From Polyangiaceae bacterium (GTDB taxonomy: Bacteria > Myxococcota_A > Polyangia > Polyangiales > Polyangiaceae), in assembly GCA_965222375.1 (NCBI GenBank), contig CBDCTZ010000009.1, forward strand, positions 128,001-192,000: DNA of 64,000 nucleotides, written 5' to 3'. This document shows, one piece after another, positions 1-10,887 of the stretch. The translations under genes were made by a program, and so were the position numbers. Below the pieces are notes generated by a model. That model saw only the letters and a list, made by a program, of their open reading frames with translations, did not search any database and was not told the origin of the DNA. The first letter of the stretch is position 1. Every line of letters begins with the position of its first letter.

Positions 1-2100
1 TACATCCGCGACATGTTCGAGCACTATGGATCGACGGAAGTCGAGCGCCCCTGGGGCAGCGAAAAGCGCTTCCGGCTGTTTGATCTGCCGTTCTTGCCCG
101 ATGAGGACGCCCAGAGCGACGCACTGGTCGCGCACGAGAGCATCCAAATCGAGCTATTTCGCATCCTCTCCAACTTCGTCCGGGAAGGACGCCCCAATCG
201 CGTCATCTTGCTGCACGGGCCAAATGGCTCAGCCAAGAGCACAGCCGCGGCGTGCATGATGCGGGCGCTTGAGCACTACTCGGCCCAAGAGGAAGGCGCG
301 CTGTATCGCTTCCACTGGGTGTTTCCCAATCAGTCCAAGCTCAAAGGTTCCATCGGTTTCACCGGTCGGCGGGGCGCGCACAAAGATGACGATGGCTACG
401 CGCACCTTTCCGAGAGCCAAATCGATGCTCGCCTTTTCATGGAAGTGAGGGACCATCCGCTGTTTCTCCTGCCTCAGCAGGAGCGTGCCGCCCTGCTCGA
501 GAAGCTCTACGCGGACGCCGGCGTCTCCGAGCCGCCGCCAGCGTGGATCATGCGGGGCGCGTTGTCTCACAAGAGTCGCCAAGTTTTCGACGCCCTCCTC
601 ACCAGTTACGAAGGTTCGCTGGAGGAGGCACTGCGTCACGTCCAGGTGGAACGGTATTTCATCTCCCGCCGCTATCGGGTGGGCGCGGTCACGCTGGGGC
701 CGCAGCTGTCCGTGGACGCCGGGGAGCGCCAGCTGACCGCAGATCGGTCTCTGTCAGCGCTGCCGTCGTCCCTGCAGGCGATCACCTTGTTCGAGGCCTT
801 CGGTGAGCTCCTGGATGCCGCGGGCGGTTTGATCGAGTTTTCAGATCTGTTGAAGCGTCCCTTGGACGCATTCAAGTACCTCCAGATCACGGCGGAAACG
901 GGCGAAGTGAGCCTGCGCTCCCAGTCCGTCCAGGTCAACTGTGTGATGCTCGCCAGCGGCAACGAAGTGCACTTGGCTGCGTTTCGTGAGCACCCAGAGT
1001 TCGAGAGCTTCCGCGGCCGCTTTGAACTTGTGAAGATGCCCTATCTTCGGAACTATCAAGACGAGAAGCAGATCTACGATGCACAGATTGCGCCTCAGAT
1101 ACGCAAGCACGTGGCGCCTCATGCCACGGAAGTCGCAGCTCAGTTCGCAGTCTTGACTCGAATGCGCAGGCCCGACCCGGATCGCTACGAAAAGCCTTTG
1201 AGGGACGTAGTGAGTGAAATCACTGCGATGGAGAAGATCGACCTGTACGCGACCGGCGTGCCGCCCAGCCGCTTGGACGATGAGGCCGCGAAACTGCTGA
1301 AGGGAAGCGTGGCCCAGCTCTACAACGAGAGCGATGCGTACCCAATCTACGAAGGTAGCATTGGGGCCAGTCCGCGGGAGATGCGCACATTGCTCTTGGA
1401 TGCCGCTCAGAACCCTCGCTACGAATGCCTGTCGCCCTTCGCAGTATTGGAAGCGCTAGATCGCCTATGCGAACGCACCAGCGAATACACCTGGCTGCAG
1501 GAGGACAAGGCGCCGGGCGGTTACCACGATCACAAGCAGGTTCGAGTTCAGCTTCGGGAGCGGTTGCTTGATGCCCTGGAAGACGAGTTTCGAGCCGCCA
1601 GCGGCCTGGTCGAAGAAGAGCAGTACACGGAGCTATTCGATCGCTACATCACTCACGTTAGTTACTGGGTGAAGTCCGAGAAGGTGCGGAACCCGTTGAC
1701 CGGGCAGTATGAGGACCCGGATGAGCGCATGATGAAGGAAGTGGAAGCGCTCCTCGGTGTACCCGACGAACCCGAGGCGCTTCGTCACGCGCTGATCAAC
1801 CGCGTGGCGGCTTGGGCCATCGACAATCCGGGGGGCTCCGTCGACAACTCTCGGGTATTCCACAGCGAGATCAAGCGCCTCAAAGACTCTGTCTTCAACG
1901 AACGCAAGACCGCGGTCGCAAAGCTGGCGCGGGACATGCTTGCGGTACTGCGACAAGAATCCGGGCTCGACGCCGCGCGGACGCTCGCTGCAGAGAAAGC
2001 CGTGTCGGATCTGAAGTCGCGCTATGGTTACGAGGACACATCCGTGGTCGATGCCGCGGTGGCTCTGACCCAAGAGCGTTTTACCGATCTCTTGAGCTGA
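1..2100 (+). CDS. prkA: PrkA-family serine protein kinase/AAA+ ATPase (probably 5'-truncated by the window edge)
   Basis: Walker A-like GPNGSAKST, 'GLIEFSDLLKRP' and the C-terminal 'PDERMMKEVE' segment are typical of PrkA/YeaG. The frame is open back to position 1. Confidence 0.8.
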   Translation, partial: YIRDMFEHYGSTEVERPWGSEKRFRLFDLPFLPDEDAQSDALVAHESIQIELFRILSNFVREGRPNRVILLHGPNGSAKSTAAACMMRALEHYSAQEEGALYRFHWVFPNQSKLKGSIGFTGRRGAHKDDDGYAHLSESQIDARLFMEVRDHPLFLLPQQERAALLEKLYADAGVSEPPPAWIMRGALSHKSRQVFDALLTSYEGSLEEALRHVQVERYFISRRYRVGAVTLGPQLSVDAGERQLTADRSLSALPSSLQAITLFEAFGELLDAAGGLIEFSDLLKRPLDAFKYLQITAETGEVSLRSQSVQVNCVMLASGNEVHLAAFREHPEFESFRGRFELVKMPYLRNYQDEKQIYDAQIAPQIRKHVAPHATEVAAQFAVLTRMRRPDPDRYEKPLRDVVSEITAMEKIDLYATGVPPSRLDDEAAKLLKGSVAQLYNESDAYPIYEGSIGASPREMRTLLLDAAQNPRYECLSPFAVLEALDRLCERTSEYTWLQEDKAPGGYHDHKQVRVQLRERLLDALEDEFRAASGLVEEEQYTELFDRYITHVSYWVKSEKVRNPLTGQYEDPDERMMKEVEALLGVPDEPEALRHALINRVAAWAIDNPGGSVDNSRVFHSEIKRLKDSVFNERKTAVAKLARDMLAVLRQESGLDAARTLAAEKAVSDLKSRYGYEDTSVVDAAVALTQERFTDLLS

Positions 2101-2106
2101 CTCTTC

Positions 2107-3375
2107 ATGGCGCGTGAAACGTCCGCGGCGACGCTAACGTTTTGGCCGTTGCTTGCTCTGGGCGTCAATGGCATCGTCGGTGTCGGCATCTTCTTTGCGC
2201 CTCGGGAGGTCGCAGCGCTGGTTCCCGGCGCTGCCGGGCTGTGGGTCTACATCCTAACGGGGCTGGTGCTGTTGCCGATAGCTGGCGTGTATGCTGTGCT
2301 CGGGAGCCGCTTCGCCGAGGATGGCGGCCCCTACGTGTGGGCGCGGGCCGCCTTTGGCGAGGGTGCGGGCTTCTTCGTGGGTTGGATAGCTGCGCTGAGT
2401 GCGGTGCTCAGTACCTCCGCCGTGGTCTCGGGTTTGGCGACCCACGCGGGCCCCTTGTTGGGCCTGACCACACCTCTGCACCAGGCGCTCTTCGGCGTGG
2501 CCTTGGCCCTAGTGCTATCCGGGATCGTCTTCAGCGGGCTCAAACCGAGCGCCGTGGTGTGGTCAGGGCTCACCGTGCTCAAGCTCGCACCCTTGGCGGC
2601 GCTGGCGTTCTTCTTTCTGACCCGCTCGGGGCTGAGTGTTGCCGTCGAGAGCGCGCAGCCCAGCCGCGCCCTACTTCGGGCCATGCTCGTCGTGCTGTTC
2701 GCCTTGCAGGGATTCGAAATCGTGGTGGTGCCCGCGGGAAACGCCCCAAAGCGGGGGCGTAGCGTGGCGGCCGCGACGTTGCTATCCCTGTGTTGCGTCG
2801 CGGCGTTGTACGTCGTCTTGCATGCGGCTTGCCTGGCGGTCCCGCAGCTCGCGCAAAAGGGTGCGCCCTTGGTGGAGGCGGCTTCCGTGCATGGGGGCAG
2901 CAGTTTGAGCGGTGTGGTCGGCGTGGGTACCAACGTCTCGGCGCTCGGCATTGCCTTCGGCATGTTTGCGATGACCCCACGGTACTTGGCCGCACTGGGA
3001 AAGCCTCACGCTCTTGGCACGTGGTTGGGACGCGAAAGCGAGCGACGGGTACCTACGACGGCGCTCGGGATCACCATGATCGTCGTCATGATCTTGGTGT
3101 TTGGCCCCAAGTTGGAGCAGCTCTTCGTGCTCTCCAGCGTGTCGGTGGTGCTGCAGTACACCGTGAGCACGATTGCGTTGATGTGGCTGGCCCTGAAGCG
3201 GGTCCGCGGCCTGTCTCTGAAACACCTGTGGTTCGGCCCCTTCGCGATCCTGCCCGTGGGGCTCGCCGCGACTGCAGCCAGTGGCCGCGAGCTGCTGGTT
3301 ACCGGTGCCGCTCTCGTTCTGGGTGCCTCGATCTACTGGATTCGCCGGATTTACGCCCGGAACTCACGACCTTAG
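2107..3375 (+). CDS. APC-family amino acid permease
   Basis: About 12 hydrophobic segments with 'NGIVGVGIF', 'GGPYVWARAAFG' and 'FALQGFE' motifs. Confidence 0.85.
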   Translation: MARETSAATLTFWPLLALGVNGIVGVGIFFAPREVAALVPGAAGLWVYILTGLVLLPIAGVYAVLGSRFAEDGGPYVWARAAFGEGAGFFVGWIAALSAVLSTSAVVSGLATHAGPLLGLTTPLHQALFGVALALVLSGIVFSGLKPSAVVWSGLTVLKLAPLAALAFFFLTRSGLSVAVESAQPSRALLRAMLVVLFALQGFEIVVVPAGNAPKRGRSVAAATLLSLCCVAALYVVLHAACLAVPQLAQKGAPLVEAASVHGGSSLSGVVGVGTNVSALGIAFGMFAMTPRYLAALGKPHALGTWLGRESERRVPTTALGITMIVVMILVFGPKLEQLFVLSSVSVVLQYTVSTIALMWLALKRVRGLSLKHLWFGPFAILPVGLAATAASGRELLVTGAALVLGASIYWIRRIYARNSRP

Positions 3376-3576
3376 AGCAGATCTCAGAACCTCGAGAGAG
3401 CTGATTTCGAGCCGCGGCGGTGCCAGCTGCAAGGCGGCGCGACGAAGGAATACTCGGAGTATTTCGAGGAGCGTCAACGCCGCAGATGGCCCTGCCCGGC
3501 AGAAAGCAGCCGCGAGCAGGTTTTGAGATCTGCTCTTGGCTGGCCCGGGCGCTCGGGCGCGTTATTCTGTGAGGGT

Positions 3577-4923
3577 ATGCGCGCCCGCCCCATCGTCGAC
3601 CCCGGAGCGTTGGTCACGTCCGTGGCGCTACATGCCGTGTTGTTGGGGCTCGGTGCAGTACTGTTCGCGCGCAGTATGCGCACTCCGGCGAGCGGCCCAC
3701 CGGAGCGCGTCGTCGCCGTCGACACTGTAGCCATGTCCAATGGCATCGAGCTCCCACGGATGCGCACCGGTAATGCCAGGGGCACCGACCGTGCGGATCC
3801 GCCGAAGCAAACACCCGTCCCTGCCGGTGGCGGTGAGCGCGTCCCGCGCCCAGACGGGACCCAGCCGGGACGCGGCGGGACGGATACTTCGAGGGCCGCC
3901 GCCCTCAACCTGGCGGATCAGAACGACGGCTTGACCCTGGACCGGGACCCCTTCAACAGTCCGACTCGCAGTCAGGTGCAACGGCTCAAGACGTCCACGC
4001 AGCGACGCAGCCTCGACGACCGCCGCGCGACGCCAACGCCGATGCAGCTCGATTTTCTGGCGACCGGTAGCGGCCAGTTGGCTGAACGGCGCCAGCCATC
4101 CCGACACAACCCTGGCGCCGGGGTACAGGGCGGCACGCGCCCCAGCCAAGTGGGAGGCCCTTTGGGCGCGAGTAATCTGCCTGCGGGAGGCCCGGAGCCG
4201 GAGCCTGGTGCCAGCCAAAGCGGGGAGGCGAGAGCGCGCACAACAGCCGGGCTGACCGGGGCTGCGCGTGGCTCGGGCGTGTCGCGACGTGCGGCGGTGG
4301 CCTTGGCGCGACCTTGGGTACCCCGAGCACGAGCGGCGGTGCCCGCGCCGGGTCGCGGGCGTCCTCAGGATACGGTGAACAGCCGCCAAGAAGTCGCGAG
4401 CGCGGTGCGTTCCTTGGTGCACGCCTCCTCGGCCGGGGCTCGAAAGCGAGCCACAGGTCCCGGCGGGACTTCGGGGCCTGGCGCGCCAGGGAGCGGCGCG
4501 AAGACGGGCGCCGGTTCGACGTCCCGAGCTGCCGGCTACGGCCCGGGGCGGGCGCGAGATGGTAGTGCTGACCCTCGCTTGATCGGCTACTTCCGCAACA
4601 TCGAGCGCAGGGTCGGGCCCCATTGGCGGGACGCGTTTCCAGACTGGGCCGTCGAGCAGGGGCGCAGCGGGTTGGCAGTGCTCAGCATCACGCTTTCCCC
4701 AGCGGGCAATGTGCTCGCCGTTCGCGTGCAGCGGCCTAGCGGCGTCCCGGAGTTCGATCGCAACGTCATCGTCGCGGTCAAGCGCGCGGGGCCGTTCGGC
4801 CCGCTACCCCGGGTCTACGCCGCGCGTCCGCTGACCTTGCGCATGTCCTTCGATGCTGTGAATCCCGCGATTGGTCGCGAAAGTGGCGGGCCCGGGGGCC
4901 GCCGGGCTCGGCGATCCCCTTGA
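3577..4923 (+). CDS. TonB/TolA C-terminal domain protein
   Basis: N-terminal TM with an SxxLH motif (SVALH), a Pro/Gly-rich linker and a C-terminal 'SGVPEFDRNVIVAVKRAGPFGPLP'. Confidence 0.75.
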   Translation: MRARPIVDPGALVTSVALHAVLLGLGAVLFARSMRTPASGPPERVVAVDTVAMSNGIELPRMRTGNARGTDRADPPKQTPVPAGGGERVPRPDGTQPGRGGTDTSRAAALNLADQNDGLTLDRDPFNSPTRSQVQRLKTSTQRRSLDDRRATPTPMQLDFLATGSGQLAERRQPSRHNPGAGVQGGTRPSQVGGPLGASNLPAGGPEPEPGASQSGEARARTTAGLTGAARGSGVSRRAAVALARPWVPRARAAVPAPGRGRPQDTVNSRQEVASAVRSLVHASSAGARKRATGPGGTSGPGAPGSGAKTGAGSTSRAAGYGPGRARDGSADPRLIGYFRNIERRVGPHWRDAFPDWAVEQGRSGLAVLSITLSPAGNVLAVRVQRPSGVPEFDRNVIVAVKRAGPFGPLPRVYAARPLTLRMSFDAVNPAIGRESGGPGGRRARRSP

Positions 4924-4962
4924 CCTGGGCGGCCTCGGCGTACATATTCGCGGCCCCAAAAA

Positions 4963-5039
4963 GCCGAGGTAGCTCAGCTGGTTAGAGCACGCGCTTCATA
5001 AGTGCGGGGTCGTCGGTTCAAGTCCGACCCTCGGTACCA
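4963..5039 (+). tRNA. tRNA with CAT anticodon (probably elongator tRNA-Met; Ile2 not excluded)
   Basis: Full cloverleaf: GCCGAGG/CCTCGGT acceptor, GCTC/GAGC D-stem, CGCGC-TTCATAA-GTGCG anticodon arm, GTCGG-TTCAAGT-CCGAC T-arm and an encoded ACCA end. Confidence 0.95.
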
Positions 5040-8000
5040 ATCAAACCCAGCGGGGAACGAGAAGCGACCCGTAGATGTGCACCGCCCCACTGCCTCCGCC
5101 GTCGGCGGCGGAGGGCCAGGCCGAAGGCGAGGAGGGGCAAGGCCAGCCAGGCACGGGAGCTCGGCCCGCTCCGTACAGTCCGACAACCGCACCCACCTGA
5201 GGGGGCCAGGGGTGTTTGTTTTGGATCTTCAGTGACGCCCGGGACGACGCATAGGCCCTCGGCGTCGATTTCCAAAGGCTTGTCCGCGCCCAGGTACTTG
5301 CCTTGATCGAGCTTGGTTGCGAGGTTGCCCGTGTTGCGGTTGTCGTGGTGGAAGCTCTCCCAGGCGATCACACCATCGGGGCTGCCTTCAGTACGCCAGG
5401 CGTAGAGCCAGCCGTTGCGGGTATTGACCACGACATCCAGGGCGCTGTCGCCATCCACGTCACCTACTGCAGCGGTAGCCACGATCCATTGTCCCGTGAA
5501 CTTGGGCCAACCCGTGGGTTCCCGGCCGCAGGCGTCGGCCGCATGCAGCATGTAGCCGCCGCTGCCGACGATGGCTTCCGGGTATCCGTCGCCGGTCAGG
5601 TCCGCGATCGAGGTGTTGTTGAAGAAGGTGTAGTCCTCCAGCGGAACCGGGCTCGCTGGCATCATCAGTCCATCCTTGCCGCTCCACATGCCGATCAAGT
5701 GTTGCGCGCGTCGGTCCAAAGGCTGAGTGGACAGAAGCGCTCCTGCGGCGGTTTGAGACGAACCCGTGGTGACCATGTCCGGCAGGCCGTCCTGGTCCAT
5801 GTCCCCCAGAGACGGTTGGGAAAAGAGCGGGAACATCACGTCAGGTCGTTCCGCTGTCGTGCCTGCGCCGAAGTTGCCCGTCGACAAGCCCCGCTCGATT
5901 TCGCCTTCCACCATGCGCGTTGGTAGTGCGTTCGCGGGCAGAGCGGCAAAGCCTGACTGTTCGGGCTCTCTGGGCGTGATGAGTGGCGCGCTTCCGTTGC
6001 CGTGCATCACGGCCTCGGGCACGCCATCGCCGTCGATGTCGCCGGCGACCGGCGAATTGGGCACGCCTTCGGCAACCAGCGGAAACAACTCGAAGCTCGT
6101 CCAAGTGATGGGCCAGCCCGGCAAGTAGAGCGACGCCGCGCCGCTACCCTTACCATCCACGATGTAGAAGGCGCCGGTGCCTCCTCCTTTGCCAATGCGC
6201 TCGTTCGAACCGACCAGCAGATCCGGCACGCCATCTCCATTGAAGTCGGCCACCGCGGGGGTGGTCATGATGCGCCCATACTCCTGATCGGCCCCGCCGG
6301 CTTCGTAGTGCACACGCACCGGGAAGCCGGCGAGATCGGTGCCGTCGCTCTCGAAAACGTAGATCTTGCCGTCGAAGGCGGCTTGCACGATGTCGAGCTT
6401 GCCGTCGTTGTCCATGTCCTCGATAACGGGGCTGGCGAACGCGCCCCGGGCGATTCGGAACTGGGTATTCATGCAGTCTTTGTCGGGGGTCTTATCCTGG
6501 TCCAAGGGGCAGCTGGGGACGTCGGGCAGCCGCTTGGGCCAGCCGCTCTTCACGGCGCCGTCGCTATCGATGATGTAGATGGTTCCCTCGTAGGTCGTGA
6601 CGACGATTTCGGGCTTGCCGTCGTCATCCAGGTCAGCGATTGCGGGCGCGGCACTGATCGACTCCCGAGCCAGGTCCATGTCGACCTCGCCTGACTTGTA
6701 TGCCGGCGCGTCGCGGTAGAGCGGCATGTCATCGTCCAAGCCATCGATCATCTTCACCTTGAAGGGGAAGCCCGCCACGGGTTCGGGGCTGCCGCTGGCC
6801 ATGGAGTAGACGTGTAGCTTGCCGTCGGAGGTGCCCACCACGATGTCGCGCTTGCCGTCTCCGTCGATGTCGGCCAGCTTGGGGCTCGACTCGCCGCTGG
6901 ACACGAGCTGCACCGGGAAGCCTGGAAGCAAGTCGGGATCCGAGTGCACGTAGTAGGCCCGACGGAGCTCGCCCGGTACGTCCCCGATGCTCCCGCCATA
7001 ATGTGCGATGGAGCGCACGCGAACCGTGATGGTGTACTGGTTTTCGCCGAAGGGACTGTCTGTGTCCCACTCGTGGGTGGGGTCTATCTCCCGCACGTCC
7101 AGCTCTGCCAAGGGGCTGCCGTCGGCACCCAACACCGTGCTGCCGGGAATGTTCTCCATTTTCTTCAGCATCTGGAATGCCGAATCCGGGGGTTGCACGC
7201 CGGGTGCCCATTCCACGATCACGTCGTAGCTGGTCGCCCGCCGCGCACTGACCGTGCCGACGATGGGCACGGGCTGGGTCAGCTGGTCCTTGTACAAAAC
7301 CTGAAACCAAAGCGGACTCGTCACATCAACGTCCGGCGGAATGCGCCCCTCAGCAATCCACTCCACCGCGGTGTTGGCATTCACGCGACCGTAGCCGAAC
7401 CGCTGATCGAAGCCGGGCTGGGACCAGACGTGTTTGCTGCCCACCTGGCGCGACTCAGGCACGTCAACGTCGTCTGCGGTCATCAAGAAGAGCTGCATCA
7501 CCTCGCCGGCGGAAAGCGGCGGGTCTAGATTCGCTTGCAAGCCCATTGAGTATGCCAAGCCAGCGATGCCCGAGAGGCGCCCGACGGCTTCACTGGAGCA
7601 GGCCGTTCCCGACGCCGAAAGGAAGTTCTGCGCTCCGTAATTGGTGCAGGTATTGAATGCGAGGAAACTCTCGGCCCAGGTCGACTCCTCTACGCCCAAC
7701 ATGGTGATGGCGTGCACCGGCATGGTGTGATTGTTGGGCGCGGGCTGGTTCTGATGCTTCGAGTTCTCGTCGGCCATGCTAGCCACGATCACCGTGCCTT
7801 TGGCCCAGGCGTAGTCCATCGCCGCTTGGGCAAAGGGCGTCATGTTGATCGTGCCCAGGGCCTCTTGAACCACTTGGGCGCCGTTGTCCGCGGCGTAGAT
7901 GACGGCCTTGGCATAGTCTTGCACGTTGGCGATGAAGCTGTCGCCGACGCGCATGGGAACGAAGCGGCAGTTGGGGCAACCGCCTGCTTCCCCGATGCCG

Positions 8001-8785
8001 TTGTTCGCTTGGGCGGTGGAGTCCTTGGCTTCTCCGGTGCCGTGCCCGTAGCGCGTGTCATCGTAGGGATCGTTGTCGTTCTTCATGAAGTCCCAGCCGG
8101 ATATGTCGTCGACGTAGCCATTGGCGTCGTCGTCGGTTCCGTCTGAGAAATTCAAGATAAGATCGCCTGCGTCGAGCACTCCATTGCGGTTCTTGTCCCC
8201 CTTGGGGCGCCCGGCCACGGCCTCCGGCGTGAGGCCTGGGTGGTCGGCGTAGTCTGCGACGCTCAAGACGCCGTCGCTGTTGCAGTCGAATCGGTCTGCG
8301 GTTGGCTGGTTCGGGTCCAGCGGATCGCAGGGGCTCGAGTCCCCATGCAACGGCAGGTGGTTCTGCAGCTCCGCCTTGTTCAGGAATGCCTTCTCGATCA
8401 AGTCGCGCTCATCCCAACGAATGCCGGAGTCGAGCACCGCGATGACCACGCGCGGATCACCAATCGTGTGCCGCCACGCCAGGTCCACGCTCATGCCTGA
8501 CGCGGTTTCCCCGCTCCGGAGCGCTGGTGCGTTGGGCGAGCGATCCGGAATGAAGGAGTAGAACTGCCACTGCCCAGACTTGCTCGCCTTGGTGGTGCTG
8601 GCAGCGACAAATCCGTAGTCGGGATCGTTGGGCCAGTTGTCTGGCTTCTTCATGTCCTCCGGGGTGGCGTCCTTGGGCGGCGGCCAGGCTGCCATCGTCT
8701 CGGAGCGAGCGAGCGCGATGGTGCAAAGGGCTCCCAGCACCGCCCAGGCAGCGCGAAGCCGAGTCTTGGTGCGCGTAAGGTTCAT
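5018..8785 (-). CDS. Secreted S8 (subtilisin-like) peptidase with FG-GAP repeats and a MYXO-CTERM sorting signal
   Basis: Signal peptide; AVLDSG, YGHGT and a CSSEA catalytic-like triad; many DxDGDG repeats; C-terminal GGCGC...TM...RRRRRR. Confidence 0.8.
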   Translation of the reverse strand: MNLTRTKTRLRAAWAVLGALCTIALARSETMAAWPPPKDATPEDMKKPDNWPNDPDYGFVAASTTKASKSGQWQFYSFIPDRSPNAPALRSGETASGMSVDLAWRHTIGDPRVVIAVLDSGIRWDERDLIEKAFLNKAELQNHLPLHGDSSPCDPLDPNQPTADRFDCNSDGVLSVADYADHPGLTPEAVAGRPKGDKNRNGVLDAGDLILNFSDGTDDDANGYVDDISGWDFMKNDNDPYDDTRYGHGTGEAKDSTAQANNGIGEAGGCPNCRFVPMRVGDSFIANVQDYAKAVIYAADNGAQVVQEALGTINMTPFAQAAMDYAWAKGTVIVASMADENSKHQNQPAPNNHTMPVHAITMLGVEESTWAESFLAFNTCTNYGAQNFLSASGTACSSEAVGRLSGIAGLAYSMGLQANLDPPLSAGEVMQLFLMTADDVDVPESRQVGSKHVWSQPGFDQRFGYGRVNANTAVEWIAEGRIPPDVDVTSPLWFQVLYKDQLTQPVPIVGTVSARRATSYDVIVEWAPGVQPPDSAFQMLKKMENIPGSTVLGADGSPLAELDVREIDPTHEWDTDSPFGENQYTITVRVRSIAHYGGSIGDVPGELRRAYYVHSDPDLLPGFPVQLVSSGESSPKLADIDGDGKRDIVVGTSDGKLHVYSMASGSPEPVAGFPFKVKMIDGLDDDMPLYRDAPAYKSGEVDMDLARESISAAPAIADLDDDGKPEIVVTTYEGTIYIIDSDGAVKSGWPKRLPDVPSCPLDQDKTPDKDCMNTQFRIARGAFASPVIEDMDNDGKLDIVQAAFDGKIYVFESDGTDLAGFPVRVHYEAGGADQEYGRIMTTPAVADFNGDGVPDLLVGSNERIGKGGGTGAFYIVDGKGSGAASLYLPGWPITWTSFELFPLVAEGVPNSPVAGDIDGDGVPEAVMHGNGSAPLITPREPEQSGFAALPANALPTRMVEGEIERGLSTGNFGAGTTAERPDVMFPLFSQPSLGDMDQDGLPDMVTTGSSQTAAGALLSTQPLDRRAQHLIGMWSGKDGLMMPASPVPLEDYTFFNNTSIADLTGDGYPEAIVGSGGYMLHAADACGREPTGWPKFTGQWIVATAAVGDVDGDSALDVVVNTRNGWLYAWRTEGSPDGVIAWESFHHDNRNTGNLATKLDQGKYLGADKPLEIDAEGLCVVPGVTEDPKQTPLAPSGGCGCRTVRSGPSSRAWLALPLLAFGLALRRRRRRQWGGAHLRVASRSPLGLIGTEGRT

Positions 8786-8848
8786 TGAAGGGCTCCTCCT
8801 GGAGCGAACTCAAGCCGAAGTGTAGGACGTGTGGCGGCGCGCGCCACG

Positions 8849-9457
8849 TCAGTTGTCGCCGAAAAGGTCCTGAATCTTGGTCTCTAGGGCTACGGCAATC
8901 TTGTACAAGCTGGAGATGGAGGGGCTCGACTCAGCGCGTTCGATTTGGGAAAGTAGCGAGATACTCAGGCTGGTGCGTCGGCTCATTTGTTTCAAGGTTA
9001 GCTCCTTACTCTTGCGCATCCCCCGAATCGTGTCGCCGATGATCTTGTGCAGCTGCTCCTCAGGCGTGCGTGCCAGCCCTTTCTTCTTCATCACTCGTGC
9101 GATGACGTCGCGGAATTCGTCCACGTTGAAGGGCTTCTTGATGTAGTCGACCGCATCCAGCTTCATAGACGCGACGGCGGTGTCCAAGTTCGGATGAGCG
9201 GTGAAGATGATCACGGCAAGATCGTTGTCGAAGGTGCGTATGCGTTTCAGAACCTCGATTCCATCGAGCTTCGGCATCATCAGGTCAAGGATGACCACGT
9301 GAAAACTGCCGCGCTTGACTTCGTCTTCGACAACGGTTGGGTCGCTCTGCGTCGTGACGTCGAAGCCGTCTTTCTCGAGCAGAGTCTGCATGTACTCGCA
9401 AATGGCCTTATCGTCGTCGACGATTAGAATCCTTACGGCGGGTACTTCTATAGCCAC
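8849..9457 (-). CDS. Response regulator receiver domain fused to an XRE-type HTH
   Basis: ILIVDDD, LDLMMP and KPF receiver motifs; C-terminal 'LSQIERAESSPS' HTH. GTG start follows AAGGAG. Confidence 0.85.
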   Translation of the reverse strand: MAIEVPAVRILIVDDDKAICEYMQTLLEKDGFDVTTQSDPTVVEDEVKRGSFHVVILDLMMPKLDGIEVLKRIRTFDNDLAVIIFTAHPNLDTAVASMKLDAVDYIKKPFNVDEFRDVIARVMKKKGLARTPEEQLHKIIGDTIRGMRKSKELTLKQMSRRTSLSISLLSQIERAESSPSISSLYKIAVALETKIQDLFGDN

Positions 9458-9720
9458 GCTGACTCCTTGTGCAGGGGTTTGTCGCTCCCCGATTTTAGTG
9501 ACACTACAATAGCGCAGCGTGGCGCTCCAACGCGACCCCGTTCCGACATCATTGGAACGAAGACACGCACACTGTCCTACCTTGGATCTATCGCCAACAT
9601 GCCTGGATTTCCGCGGGGCCGTGCGGCCGGGCGCGTGCAGCCCTCGGCGCACGCCAGCCGAGGCTCGCCGTTACTCGCCTCACGCGGCCGGCCGGAGGCG
9701 CGATGCTAGCCTCAATAATC

Positions 9721-10305
9721 ATGGCGGCCTGCTACTCGGAACGAGTCGATGACGCTCTCAGCCTGGCGTGTGACGCATTCCGAGGCATTCGCCGCAAAGG
9801 GTCTGGAGTGCCGTATCTGTCGCATTTGCTCGCCGTGGCCGCCTTGGTCGCCGAGCACGGTGGCGACGAAGATCAGATCATTGCCGCCCTGCTCCACGAC
9901 ACCCTAGAGGACATTCGCGACATTCGAGCTTCAGATCTCGAAGCCCGCTTCGGACTACGGGTCAGCGGGTTCGTAGTCGCGCTCAGTGACACCACGGTCT
10001 ACCCCAAGCCACCTTGGTTGCAGCGCAAGCAGGACTACTTGGCCAAACTCCGCAGTGAGTCTCCGGAACTGAAACTGATCAGCAGCGCCGACAAGCTACA
10101 CAACGCGAGCAGTATCTTGCGGGACTTCGGTCTGGTCGGCGAGGACATCTGGGATCGCTTCACCGCGACCCGCGAACAGACGCTCTGGTACTACCGCGAA
10201 GTTCTAGCTGCCTTGAGCGACGGTTACTCGCACCCAATCGTGGGTGAACTCCGCCATGTGGTGCTGCAACTCCACCAGGCTGCCGGCGAGCCGATGGACC
10301 CGTGA
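9721..10305 (+). CDS. HD-domain hydrolase (Mesh1/SpoT-hydrolase-like)
   Basis: 'RKGSGVPYLSH', 'AALLHDTLED' and 'ADKLHN' motifs. Confidence 0.85.
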   Translation: MAACYSERVDDALSLACDAFRGIRRKGSGVPYLSHLLAVAALVAEHGGDEDQIIAALLHDTLEDIRDIRASDLEARFGLRVSGFVVALSDTTVYPKPPWLQRKQDYLAKLRSESPELKLISSADKLHNASSILRDFGLVGEDIWDRFTATREQTLWYYREVLAALSDGYSHPIVGELRHVVLQLHQAAGEPMDP

Positions 10306-10887
10306 GGTCTCGCTACAGTTCCGCTGGTTATTTTGGGGATGTGCCGGCCCTTGCCGTCATCGACAGTTCATCGCGGTGCGGGAAGGGGCGTCCCGAGGCA
10401 ATCGGCCGGACCCGTCTTGGCGTCTTGGCGCAGGTCGATGGGGGCTTGGCGTTGGCCGGAAACTGGATTTCCTCGCAGCAAACGCACCGCGCCCCCGCAG
10501 GACGGGAAGCTGAGAGAGAACTGCGGAGCTTGCAACAAAATGCAGACACAAACGTCCCAGGGTTGGGGGGCAACTTGGTCGACCCACTGCAGATTCAGTT
10601 GCTCGGTTTTTGTACGGAGGCCCACCCCGGGTGGGACAACTTGTCGGGCGAGCGCGATGCTGAGTTGCGAAAAAACGCGCCGTCGACTGGTGAGGGCTCT
10701 GGTGCGGGCGGGCCTTGGAGGGCCCGCCACATCCGCACCTCCGCCGGGACGCCGGCGCCGTGCGTATCAGTGAAAAAGCGCGGAGCGCGAGCGGCGCGAG
10801 CGCTGGTTGGGCGCAGTCATCAGTGCACCCTAAGGCGCGGCGTGAGCCAACGCCTTCAAAAACGCTGCTTAGCCGCTGCTCCCGTCG

